This document shows positions 16,103 through 23,564 of a stretch of 32,000 nt of DNA, piece by piece; positions within the stretch are counted from its first letter, which is position 1, and each line of letters opens with the position of its first letter. Made by a program: the position numbers and the translations under genes. The stretch comes from Cenarchaeum sp. (lineage in GTDB: Archaea; Thermoproteota; Nitrososphaeria; Nitrososphaerales; Nitrosopumilaceae). Below the pieces are notes generated by a model, which searched no databases, had not been told where the DNA came from, and was given only the letters and a program-made list of their open reading frames with translations. The stretch lies in NCBI GenBank assembly GCA_963692915.1, contig OY843584.1:1248000-1279999 (forward strand), read 5' to 3'.

Positions 16103-17191
16103 CTAGCGAACTACCTCTATGAGGCGGTCATCCTCGTCGTCGGCAAACCCGCCCGAGTCAGTGTTTGACGTTATCGCATAGAGCGTGCCGTCTGGCCCGC
16201 CGGCCACGTCGCGCATGCGGCCCAGGCCGCTGAAAACCGTGCCCTGCTCGCCGGTTCCAAGGTCGATTGCGTGTATAGTTCCGGCGCGCAGCGCGGCCAC
16301 CATCACGTGGCCCTCGTCACCCAGCGCTCCGCCACCATACACTGCAATGCCGCCGATTCCAAGTGCGGGATCAAAGCACGCAGCGGCGCCCGTGTGTGAC
16401 GCGCCAGCGCACTCTTCATCGGGCCATCCGTGGTTGGCGCCGGCCTCGACAATGTTGAGCTCGTCATTCTTTGTTGGTCCGGCATCAGCGGCTATCATGC
16501 GCCCGTCGACATCCCACGAGATCCCGCGCACGTCGCGAAATCCCGACGCGTAGACTGGCGAGTCGGCCACAGGGTTGCCGTCTGGCACTGACCCGTCGGG
16601 GCGCACGCGAAGTATCTTGCCGGCCAGCGAGCCTGCATCCTGCGCGAGGCCTGATGAGTCAGACGTCGAGCCCGTCCCGATATACAGCATGCCGTCTGGT
16701 CCGATGGCGAGTGCGCCGCCGTTGGAAAAGTTGGAGCCCGGTATTTGCTCAATTACGGTGCCCACATCAGACGCCCTGCTCCCGTCCTCGCGGATCCACA
16801 TCACCCTGTTCCAGAGCTCGCCGGCCTCCTCGTACGTGACATACGCATAGAGTGTCATGCCGCCGTCGGGTTCGGTGTGCGTGGCAAGACCAACGAGTCC
16901 GGCGTCATGCGAGCCGGCCGCGCGGAGTGTGATTAGCGGGCGCTCAAGCAGCGCGCCGTCCTCAACAACCCTGATCGAACCGCCCCTCTCGGCGACAAAG
17001 ATGCGCTCGGCGTGCGTGGCAATTGCGCGTGGCTCATCGAGTCCGGATGCGAGAACCGCAGCATAGTCGCTGCCTTTCTCCAACGTCGTCGTGGGGGGCG
17101 GCAGCGGCACGCCTTGTGAGGGCGAGAGGAGTATTATCGCCGAGACTGCCACAGCGCCGGCGATTCCGGCAATCCTAAGTCGCCTGTCCAT
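16103..17191 (-). CDS. PQQ-dependent sugar (glucose/sorbosone) dehydrogenase-like beta-propeller, membrane-anchored or secreted
   Basis: N-terminal hydrophobic anchor. Family motifs are present: GGALAIGPDGMLYIGTG, GKILRVRPDGSVPDGNP, GFRDVRGISWD and DELNIVEAGANHGWP. Confidence 0.85.
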   Translation of the reverse strand: MDRRLRIAGIAGAVAVSAIILLSPSQGVPLPPPTTTLEKGSDYAAVLASGLDEPRAIATHAERIFVAERGGSIRVVEDGALLERPLITLRAAGSHDAGLVGLATHTEPDGGMTLYAYVTYEEAGELWNRVMWIREDGSRASDVGTVIEQIPGSNFSNGGALAIGPDGMLYIGTGSTSDSSGLAQDAGSLAGKILRVRPDGSVPDGNPVADSPVYASGFRDVRGISWDVDGRMIAADAGPTKNDELNIVEAGANHGWPDEECAGASHTGAAACFDPALGIGGIAVYGGGALGDEGHVMVAALRAGTIHAIDLGTGEQGTVFSGLGRMRDVAGGPDGTLYAITSNTDSGGFADDEDDRLIEVVR

Positions 17192-17218
17192 CGTCGAGCC
17201 GCCGGCGCACGTGCGCTC

Positions 17219-17226
17219 CTATTAAT
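17219..17226 (-). promoter_or_regulatory. TATA-like box (ATTAATAG on minus strand) for the dehydrogenase-hmgA operon
   Basis: Starts 35 nt upstream of ATG 17191, slightly longer than the usual spacing. Confidence 0.35.
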
Positions 17227-17249
17227 CCCACGCCGCGAGCCGCCGCGTG

Positions 17250-17270
17250 TTTGCGCGTTAATATATGGGA
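17250..17270 (+). promoter_or_regulatory. dnaJ promoter module TTTGCGCGTTAATATATGGGA (upstream element plus TATA)
   Basis: The TATA box TTAATATAT lies at 17258-17266. The 21-mer recurs 19/21 identical at 30312-30332. The first ATG downstream (17290) lies 32 nt from the TATA start. Confidence 0.55.
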
Positions 17271-17339
17271 ATTTGGTCACGCACGCGCCATGAGCAGGGC
17301 GTGCCCACACGTGTGGCTTTTGTGCAGGTGTCGTGCGCG

Positions 17340-18416
17340 ATGAGCGCAAAGCGTGACTATTACGAGGTTTTGGGCATCTCGCGCGACGCGCAGCCTGAGG
17401 AGATAAAAAGGCAGTACAGAAAGCTCGCGCTAAAGTTCCATCCAGACAGGAACAAGTCAGCTGACGCACAGGAGCACTTTAAGGAGATTTCTGAGGCATA
17501 TGCCGTCATATCCGACAAGAAAAAGCGCCAGATATACGACACGCACGGCCATGCAGGCATAGACGGCCAGTACAGCACCGAGGACATGTTTAGCGGAGCT
17601 AGCTTTTCTGACATATTCGCCAACACCAACTTTTCTGACATGTTCGGCGGTGGCAGGGGCAGCACGATGTTCGAGTCACTCTTTGGCGGCGGCGAGCCGG
17701 GACGCGGCAGGGATCTCCTCTGCGAGGTGAGCATGACGCTAGAGGACGTCCTGCACGGCAAGACAGTCGAGCTTGACATCAAAAAAGATGTAGAGTGCGA
17801 CTCGTGCCACGGTTCAGGCTCCAGTGACGGGAGGCGCGAGACGTGCTCGGCGTGCGGCGGGCGCGGAAGGGTTCAGTATGGAAGGCAGTCCGGCTATGCG
17901 TCATTTGTCACGGTGGGCCCGTGCAGGGCATGCGGCGCGTCTGGAACGATCGTAAAGGATCCGTGCAAAAAGTGTTCGGGGGCAGGCAAGAGGCACGGCA
18001 CACGTCACGTGAGTCGTCTCATCCCGCCCGGAACAACAGATGGCGATTATTACCTAAAGGGCGAGGGCGAGTATGTCCCGGGAGACCAGAGCGGCGACCT
18101 TGTCTTTCGCGTCAGTGTCAGGAGGCATGAGCACTTTGTGCGTGACGGAGCCGACCTTGTCCATGCGCTTGACATATCGATGGTCGATGCGGCACTCGGC
18201 AGCAAGGTTGACGTGCCGACGCTAGAGGGAACCAAGTCGATCAGCGTGCAGGCTGCAAGCCAGCACGGCCAGACCGTGACTGTCAGGGGAGAGGGCCTGC
18301 CCACTGGCCACGGTGGCCGACGCGGTGACCTACTCGTAAAGCTGAGGGTCACCGTGCCAAAAAAGCTCACAAAGGACCAAAAGCGCCTACTCGAGGAGTT
18401 TCGCGCACAGAGCTAG
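17340..18416 (+). CDS. dnaJ: Chaperone DnaJ (type I: J domain, G/F region, CxxCxGxG zinc-finger repeats)
   Basis: Contains KRDYYEVLGISRDA...HPDRN, FSDIFANTNFSDMFGGG, and CDSCHGSG/CSACGGRG/CRACGASG/CKKCSGAG. The start is at M26 of the track ORF. Confidence 0.93.
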   Translation: MSAKRDYYEVLGISRDAQPEEIKRQYRKLALKFHPDRNKSADAQEHFKEISEAYAVISDKKKRQIYDTHGHAGIDGQYSTEDMFSGASFSDIFANTNFSDMFGGGRGSTMFESLFGGGEPGRGRDLLCEVSMTLEDVLHGKTVELDIKKDVECDSCHGSGSSDGRRETCSACGGRGRVQYGRQSGYASFVTVGPCRACGASGTIVKDPCKKCSGAGKRHGTRHVSRLIPPGTTDGDYYLKGEGEYVPGDQSGDLVFRVSVRRHEHFVRDGADLVHALDISMVDAALGSKVDVPTLEGTKSISVQAASQHGQTVTVRGEGLPTGHGGRRGDLLVKLRVTVPKKLTKDQKRLLEEFRAQS

Positions 18417-18586
18417 TCGCCGCACGAGATGCGCAGCTCTATATCGTGACCCTCGCGGACGTGTGAGTTGTGTTGAGACCGTATGACCTCGCCTATGCGC
18501 TCGTCCGTATAGTATTTCCGGTTATAGCGGCCAATGACGCGCTCGCATTCCCTGCAGTATATGATCCTGTACTCGGTTGCGGCCAT
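18413..18586 (-). CDS. Small CxxC protein, 57 aa, hypothetical
   Basis: Hand translation gives MAATEYRIIYCRECERVIGRYNRKYYTDERIGEVIRSQHNSHVREGHDIELRISCGD. A TATA box lies about 32-33 nt upstream. Its stop shares a CTAG with the dnaJ stop. Confidence 0.45.
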   Translation of the reverse strand: MAATEYRIIYCRECERVIGRYNRKYYTDERIGEVIRSQHNSHVREGHDIELRISCGD

Positions 18587-18610
18587 CGTCGTGGGCGAAT
18601 ATGGCGTGCG

Positions 18611-18620
18611 GGTTAAAAAC
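18611..18620. promoter_or_regulatory. Shared AT-rich box GGTTAAAAAC between the divergent small ORF (-) and tRNA-Leu (+)
   Basis: It is the only AT-rich element in the 65-nt spacer. It lies 32-33 nt from ATG 18586 on the minus strand and 39 nt from the tRNA 5' end on the plus strand. Confidence 0.4.
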
Positions 18621-18651
18621 GCACTTATTCGGGCCGCCTTGCGGTGCGCGC

Positions 18652-18736
18652 GCGGGGGTCGCCCAGCCCGGTCAAAGGCGTAAGGTTCAGGTCCTTATCT
18701 CTTAGGAGTTCGTGGGTTCGAATCCCACCCTCCGCA
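18652..18736 (+). tRNA. tRNA-Leu (anticodon CAG), class II with a 14-nt variable arm; CCA encoded at 18737-18739
   Basis: Manual fold: acceptor GCGGGGG/CCTCCGC, anticodon stem TAAGG/CCTTA, loop TTCAGGT, T arm GTGGG-TTCGAAT-CCCAC, discriminator A. Confidence 0.9.
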
Positions 18737-18794
18737 CCATTCTTGCAAGTTATGAGGGGTCAGTGCGCACCCTGTCGCAGGGCACGCGCGCTTG

Positions 18795-18802
18795 TTTTAT
18801 TA
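18795..18802 (+). promoter_or_regulatory. TATA-like box TTTTATTA
   Basis: Starts 31 nt upstream of ATG 18826. Its T-run could also terminate the tRNA-Leu transcript. Confidence 0.4.
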
Positions 18803-18825
18803 CCCCACGCGCCTCGATGCGGGGC

Positions 18826-19050
18826 ATGGGAGGCGGCATGGGCACGCGCGAGCTGCTCTACAAGGGGTCGGCCATCGGGGCGATGATAACTGCGCCGTCG
18901 CTTGCCGCGTTTGCGCTCGTGTGGTGGTACACCGGCGACATGGCAGTAGCTGCCGGCGTGGCAGCCGCAGCCCATGTAGGTGCTCTCGTCATGGCCTTTA
19001 AGATTGCCAGGAAGTTCCTTGTGAAACGCACGACGCCGGAGGGTCGATAG
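18826..19050 (+). CDS. Small two-TM membrane protein (about 74 aa)
   Basis: Two hydrophobic helices are present (AIGAMITAPSLAAFALVWWY and AVAAGVAAAAHVGALVMAF). The upstream part of the track ORF overlaps the tRNA, so it was trimmed. An alternative start is ATG 18817. Confidence 0.55.
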   Translation: MGGGMGTRELLYKGSAIGAMITAPSLAAFALVWWYTGDMAVAAGVAAAAHVGALVMAFKIARKFLVKRTTPEGR

Positions 19051-19055
19051 GCGCT

Positions 19056-19439
19056 ATGCGCGCACATGAGAACGTCGAGCGCATCCTCGCCAAGGAGATC
19101 GGCCTAGAGGAGATCTGCTCTCGCATGTACGTCCTGATCGCGACGCGCGGCGCAATGGATGCAGCCGGCATGGCCGGCGAGCTTGGCATCGCTGAGGCCG
19201 ACGCGCTCGAGGCGGCGAACGCGCTAGTCTCGCTAGGCGGCTTTATTGACTATGATAACGGCAGGTTTGAGTCGATGCACCCGCGCTTCTCGATCGTAAA
19301 CATGTACAGAAAGTCATGCATCGCGCGCGGGCAGGAGCCAACGCAAAACAAGACCATCGACAATGCCGGCGCTGCCCTAGAGAGGGACTATGACCATGCA
19401 AGGGCTAAATATGGCGCACGTGGGGGCGAGGCACAGTGA
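19056..19439 (+). CDS. Putative winged-helix DNA-binding protein (TrmB-like N-terminal HTH)
   Basis: The segment IGLEEICSRMYVLIATRGAMDAAGMAGELGIAEADALEAANALVSLGGFID follows the TrmB/MarR-type wHTH pattern. This assignment is from memory of the family, not from a search. Confidence 0.55.
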   Translation: MRAHENVERILAKEIGLEEICSRMYVLIATRGAMDAAGMAGELGIAEADALEAANALVSLGGFIDYDNGRFESMHPRFSIVNMYRKSCIARGQEPTQNKTIDNAGAALERDYDHARAKYGARGGEAQ

Positions 19440-19852
19440 GCGGCGAGGCAAGATGCAAGCACCAGCCCGTCTACTATGGCGTGATAAACATCAATGTTGA
19501 TGAGCGCACGATAGGCTCCGTTGACGTGTGGCACTGCCCTGCGTGCAAGGAGCGCTTTTGCGAGGAAAAGCAGCTTGGAATCGAGTCGATATCAGACGAG
19601 ATCGGCATGCCCGAGCTTGGCAGTGGAGAGCGCTGGGCAGTCATAGTCTGCAAGCTCCAAAAGGGGCGTGACAAGTGGCGCCTCGCACGCCTCGCCGAGT
19701 CCGGCCACGTCGGCCACGAGTGCCTCGGCGAAAAGTCCGTGAACCTTGGCGTGCGCGGCCACGTAATCGATGACGATCACCACTGGAGCTTTTTGGTCGA
19801 TGATCACGTCAACAAGGCCGTCGAGATATCAGGCGGGGGTCTTGGATCTTAG
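19436..19852 (+). CDS. Hypothetical Cys/His-containing protein, probably the 5' part of a frameshifted gene
   Basis: The GTG start overlaps the upstream stop (GTGA). GC3 is high throughout. The ORF ends 11 nt after a G5 run (19835-19839). Confidence 0.5.
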   Translation: MSGEARCKHQPVYYGVININVDERTIGSVDVWHCPACKERFCEEKQLGIESISDEIGMPELGSGERWAVIVCKLQKGRDKWRLARLAESGHVGHECLGEKSVNLGVRGHVIDDDHHWSFLVDDHVNKAVEISGGGLGS

Positions 19853-20123
19853 TGCCCACGTCGACTCTGTCGACGGCACGCAGATGGCCGCAAAGATAAC
19901 GGGCACGTTTGAGCTCGGCGGTGTGACGTACGCGTTTGGCGCAATCGCGTTTGGCAGGATCGGTGGACAGAACATCGGTGCGCAACTTGATGAGGCGACG
20001 CAGGACTCGCTTCGCGCCGCAGGCCACGACCCCGAAGAGGTCGCCATGGAGCTCCAGCGCGCCCTCCTGCAGGGTGACATGAGCATACCGGACAATCTCA
20101 AAAAAGAGTCGTTTCTAGACTAG
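19770..20123 (+). CDS. Hypothetical protein, probably the 3' part of the same frameshifted gene (coding signal begins near 19840; alternative ATG 19884)
   Basis: GC3 bias switches from the 19436 frame to this frame right at the G5 run. There is no TATA box upstream of ATG 19884. Confidence 0.5.
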   Translation: MTITTGAFWSMITSTRPSRYQAGVLDLSAHVDSVDGTQMAAKITGTFELGGVTYAFGAIAFGRIGGQNIGAQLDEATQDSLRAAGHDPEEVAMELQRALLQGDMSIPDNLKKESFLD

Positions 20124-20908
20124 AGCGAGGCCGCATCGAGGGCTGCGGCGCACGCGCATGAGGGCTTGGCCGGAACGGCGCGCACGATCTCGGCGAGCAT
20201 CGCGCGCATTGCTGATGCATTAGAGGAGACGACGCGGCCCACCTCGTCGGCGCTCACGGGTCGGTCGGCCCAGACGTCATAGTCTGTGACCATCGAGACG
20301 GACACGTAGCACATGCGAGCCTCGCGCGCGAGCTGGCACTCGGGAACGAGTGTCATGCCGATAACGTGCGCGCCGCATGAGCGAAAGAGCGATGACTCGG
20401 CGCGCGTCGAAAAGCGCGGACCCTCTATGCAGACATATGTCGCATCCTTGTGCAGTGTCGGGCCGCCTGCCGATGCGGCAGCAGTCGCGCACTCTTGGAG
20501 CTCGGGGCAGAAGGGGTCGGCGACGGATATGTGAATGACGCGTCCAATGTCAGAAAAGGAGCCTGCGCGCGTGCGCGTAAAGTCGATAAACTGCGTCGGC
20601 AGCGCAAAGTCGCCCGGCTTTAGCTCCTCGCGCAGGCTACCGACTGCCGAGGGCGCAATGACCCGGCTCACGCCGAGCTGGCGTAGCGCGTCAATGTTTG
20701 CGCGATAGTTTATCATGTGCGGAGGAATGCTGTGGGACTTGCCGTGGCGCGGGAGGAATGCCGTGCGTCTGCCTGAGAACGTGCCGATGGTTATGGGGCT
20801 CGACGTCTTCCCATAGGGCGTAGTGGGTTCAACCTCAATGGTGTCCTCGATCATCGAGGCATCATACATTCCAGTGCCTCCAATGATCGCAATCTCGGCG
20901 GACTCCAC
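20120..20908 (-). CDS. mtnP: S-methyl-5'-thioadenosine phosphorylase
   Basis: Contains [26 protein letters not shown] and VTDYDVW motifs. The start codon is GTG. Confidence 0.9.
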   Translation of the reverse strand: MESAEIAIIGGTGMYDASMIEDTIEVEPTTPYGKTSSPITIGTFSGRRTAFLPRHGKSHSIPPHMINYRANIDALRQLGVSRVIAPSAVGSLREELKPGDFALPTQFIDFTRTRAGSFSDIGRVIHISVADPFCPELQECATAAASAGGPTLHKDATYVCIEGPRFSTRAESSLFRSCGAHVIGMTLVPECQLAREARMCYVSVSMVTDYDVWADRPVSADEVGRVVSSNASAMRAMLAEIVRAVPAKPSCACAAALDAASL

Positions 20909-21420
20909 TAGTAGCGCACCAGCACGTTGACGTCGTACTTTGATATCTTTTTCATTCCTTCAAGGTCGGCAAGCTCAATGATGATCGCAAATCCAGCAAC
21001 ACGTCCACCCAGCTTTTCAACGAGGCTTGCAGCCGCTGCTGCCGTGCCGCCTGTTGCGAGAAGGTCATCGCATATAAGGACACGGTCGCCTTTTTTGAGC
21101 GCATTGGTCTGCATCTCCATCTTGTCACGGCCGTACTCGATCTCGTATGAGGCGCTCTTTGTCTTGCCCGGCAGCTTGCCGGCCTTGCGGACCATGACGA
21201 TGCCCTTGCCCATGCGTGATGCTACTGCCGTCGCGACAGGGAACCCGCGAGCCTCGATTCCGGCAACGACGTCGATGTTTCGCGCATTAAAGTGTGCGGC
21301 AAACCCATCGACGGCAAGCGAGAGGGCGTGCGGGTCGCGGAGTAGCGGACCATAGTCGCGAAAGAGTATGCCCTTCTTTGGAAAGTTGGGGTACGAGTCT
21401 ATGCGGTCCTGCAGGTGCAA
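20908..21420 (-). CDS. apt: Adenine phosphoribosyltransferase
   Basis: Contains [13 protein letters not shown] and the PRPP loop [17 protein letters not shown] start; its stop overlaps the mtnP GTG by 1 nt. Confidence 0.92.
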   Translation of the reverse strand: MHLQDRIDSYPNFPKKGILFRDYGPLLRDPHALSLAVDGFAAHFNARNIDVVAGIEARGFPVATAVASRMGKGIVMVRKAGKLPGKTKSASYEIEYGRDKMEMQTNALKKGDRVLICDDLLATGGTAAAAASLVEKLGGRVAGFAIIIELADLEGMKKISKYDVNVLVRY

Positions 21421-21442
21421 CGCGCACGGCTCGAGCCCACCC

Positions 21443-21450
21443 CGTAAAAA
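21443..21450 (-). promoter_or_regulatory. TATA-like box (TTTTTACG on minus strand) for apt-mtnP
   Basis: Starts 30 nt upstream of the TTG start at 21420. Confidence 0.45.
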
Positions 21451-21640
21451 CAGTTTGCCGCCCGTGCCCGTCCTGGACGTGCGTGACCCGAGGGGTCATG
21501 CGACAGGCGATCTCGTGCGGAAGACGGCAGCAGGCCAAAATGCCCCCTGGGCGACACGCGGATTGGCTTGGGCTCTAGTCATGGGCACACCCCCCGCTGA
21601 CGTGGCAGGCAGTCAGCGCAGGCGCAGGCACACCAAAAAA

Positions 21641-21648
21641 ACTATAAG
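21641..21648 (+). promoter_or_regulatory. TATA-like box ACTATAAG (preceded by an A-run)
   Basis: Starts 31 nt upstream of ATG 21672. Confidence 0.45.
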
Positions 21649-21656
21649 GCCTCATA

Positions 21657-21980
21657 TTGGCCACGGCGCGCATGGGCAGAGTTGTCGTAGGCAAAGCATC
21701 CGAGATTCCTCCCGGCGCCCTCAAAAAGGTGCCTGCCGAGGGCGGCGACATTGTCGTGGCCAATGTTGATGGCACGCTCTGTGCGATGGCCGACAAGTGC
21801 ACGCACGCCGGCGCGAGCCTCTCAGAAGGCAAGATAGATGGGGCCAACGTCGTGTGCGGCTGGCATGGCGCGCAGTTCGAGTGCGCCAGCGGCCGCCTCG
21901 CAAAGTTTCCCGCAAAGGTCGCCGACCTAAAGTCGTATCGCGTTTCAGTCGACGGCGATGACGTCGTCGTGGAGGTGTGA
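21657..21980 (+). CDS. Rieske [2Fe-2S] domain protein (ferredoxin-type)
   Basis: Contains CTHAG...CGWHGAQF (the CxH...CxxH Rieske ligands). The likely true start is ATG 21672 (MGRVVVG). Confidence 0.85.
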   Translation: MATARMGRVVVGKASEIPPGALKKVPAEGGDIVVANVDGTLCAMADKCTHAGASLSEGKIDGANVVCGWHGAQFECASGRLAKFPAKVADLKSYRVSVDGDDVVVEV

Positions 21981-21983
21981 CCC

Positions 21984-22253
21984 ATGGCGACAAAGGAGCA
22001 GAACGAGGAATCGCTAAAGAGCGCACTCACGACACTAAGCTCCGTAATGTCTGACCAGTCGGCGCCAAAGACCGTAAAGAAGGGAATATCAGAGCTCGTC
22101 ACCGGTCTAAAGGGCAGTGAGGGCTCGCTTGCGGTTCGTGCGGCAAACGCAATAAGCGCACTTGATGATATTACGCAGGATCCAAACATGCCCTCACATG
22201 TCCGGACAAGGCTCTGGCAGGCAGTCTCGGTCCTAGAGGCCATAAGGGAGTAG
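21984..22253 (+). CDS. UPF0147 family protein
   Basis: 89 aa. The segment AVRAANAISALDDITQDPNMPSHVRTRLWQAVSVLE matches the conserved archaeal UPF0147 core, from memory. Confidence 0.75.
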   Translation: MATKEQNEESLKSALTTLSSVMSDQSAPKTVKKGISELVTGLKGSEGSLAVRAANAISALDDITQDPNMPSHVRTRLWQAVSVLEAIRE

Positions 22254-22273
22254 GCCCTGCCGGCAGTGCCGCC

Positions 22274-23056
22274 TTGAAGATCGAGGAGTACATCTCAACG
22301 CTTCCGTCCGGAATAGTCTCAGGCGATGACGTGCAGGCTCCGCCTCATGCGCTTCGCAGGATGCTAACGCTAGCCGGCGCGCGGCGCGGAGACACTGTGA
22401 TGCACCTCGGGTGCGGCGACGGGGCTGGCCTCAGGATTGCGCTCGAGGAGTTTGACGTGGACGCAGCTATCGGCGTCGAGATTGACGCCAAAAAGGCCGA
22501 TGCGGCACGCGCGTCCCTAGAATCGGTTCGCGGCAGGTCTGAGGTCCTATGCGGTGACGCAGTGGGCACAGACGTCTCGCGCGCCGACATTGTCCTCTTT
22601 TGGTTTGCCGACGAGCGCATAGTCGAGGGCCTGCGCGACACGCTCTCCTCGCTGCGCAAGGGCGCGCGCGTCGTGAGCGTGTGGGGCCCGCCGGCCGGAT
22701 GCATGCCCGAGCGCGTCGACTTTCCCTTTGTCCTCAGCGTAACGCCGTTCTGCGAGGCGCGAAGCGTGCGCGAGCAGCTCCTAGCGGTTCTAGGCGTGCG
22801 GTGCGTCGACTTTGTCACGGCATGGGAGTACTCGGAGCGCTATACGCGCGCAATAGGGCCTGACGGCAACGAGGGCAACAGGTTTCTCACGATGATGCAG
22901 GCAGTCACGATGTGGATAAGCGCGAAGAACCTCGGTGTGTCATGCACTGCAGAGATGCCCGAGTCGATACGCACGTACATCGGCATACTGCGGACGTACT
23001 TTGGCATAGAAGTCGAGCACCTCCTCGACGCCGACGCGGGCACTAGGAGCCAATGA
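22274..23056 (+). CDS. Class I SAM-dependent methyltransferase with uncharacterised C-terminal domain
   Basis: Motif I VMHLGCGDGAG and acidic loop GVEID are present. The start codon is TTG. Confidence 0.7.
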   Translation: MKIEEYISTLPSGIVSGDDVQAPPHALRRMLTLAGARRGDTVMHLGCGDGAGLRIALEEFDVDAAIGVEIDAKKADAARASLESVRGRSEVLCGDAVGTDVSRADIVLFWFADERIVEGLRDTLSSLRKGARVVSVWGPPAGCMPERVDFPFVLSVTPFCEARSVREQLLAVLGVRCVDFVTAWEYSERYTRAIGPDGNEGNRFLTMMQAVTMWISAKNLGVSCTAEMPESIRTYIGILRTYFGIEVEHLLDADAGTRSQ

Positions 23057-23564
23057 CGTGCTTGGAGTCCGCAGAGGGCACTATGCGCCGCTGCGCGCCG
23101 GCAAACTCGGCGTTGAGCTCCTCGCCGCGTTGCACGCGATCAAGAAATACTGCGAGTGCTGCAATCTCAGAGTGCGGCTGCGCGCCGACTGCGACGTTAT
23201 AGTCGGCCGCATCATAGACCTCGCGCGGAACCTTGCCGGCTCCGATGACTATGAGTATTGCCGTCTCGGAGGCTATCTCGGCTACTGCGTCATCGACGCG
23301 CCTACCGTACATTGTCAGGTGTACTATGCGCTCGCCGCGCGATGGCGCATCGGACAGAACCTTGCGCCACGACGGGGTCGGCACTACCTCAAACTCTCCG
23401 CCCCACGAGCGCACAACATCCTCGAGCGTGCGCGGTATCGAGTCGTCAATGTCGCTCATGTATATGCGCCCCGCGCCAAACGCGCGCGCGACTAGGGCCG
23501 CATGCGTCGTGACGCGGTCATCACGCACGAGCCGCTCGCCGATTCGCAGTACGCTTATCTTCAC
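23043..23564 (-). CDS. trm56: tRNA (cytidine56-2'-O)-methyltransferase aTrm56 (SPOUT)
   Basis: VLRIGERLVRDDRVTTHAALVARAFGA...WGGEFEV is typical of aTrm56. The length is 173 aa. Confidence 0.85.
   Translation of the reverse strand: MKISVLRIGERLVRDDRVTTHAALVARAFGAGRIYMSDIDDSIPRTLEDVVRSWGGEFEVVPTPSWRKVLSDAPSRGERIVHLTMYGRRVDDAVAEIASETAILIVIGAGKVPREVYDAADYNVAVGAQPHSEIAALAVFLDRVQRGEELNAEFAGAQRRIVPSADSKHVIGS

Noticed and set aside
21421-21640. 220-nt GC-rich spacer between the apt and Rieske promoters, as an ncRNA or small gene
   Set aside because: It holds only 5-bp hairpins and a 26-codon Arg/Gly-rich ORF. There is no promoter geometry and no coding bias.
21575-22243. 222-aa minus-strand ORF opposite the Rieske and UPF0147 genes
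   Set aside because: It spans two well-supported plus-strand genes and their junction. It is Ser/Ala/Thr-rich with no motifs, so it is a shadow ORF.
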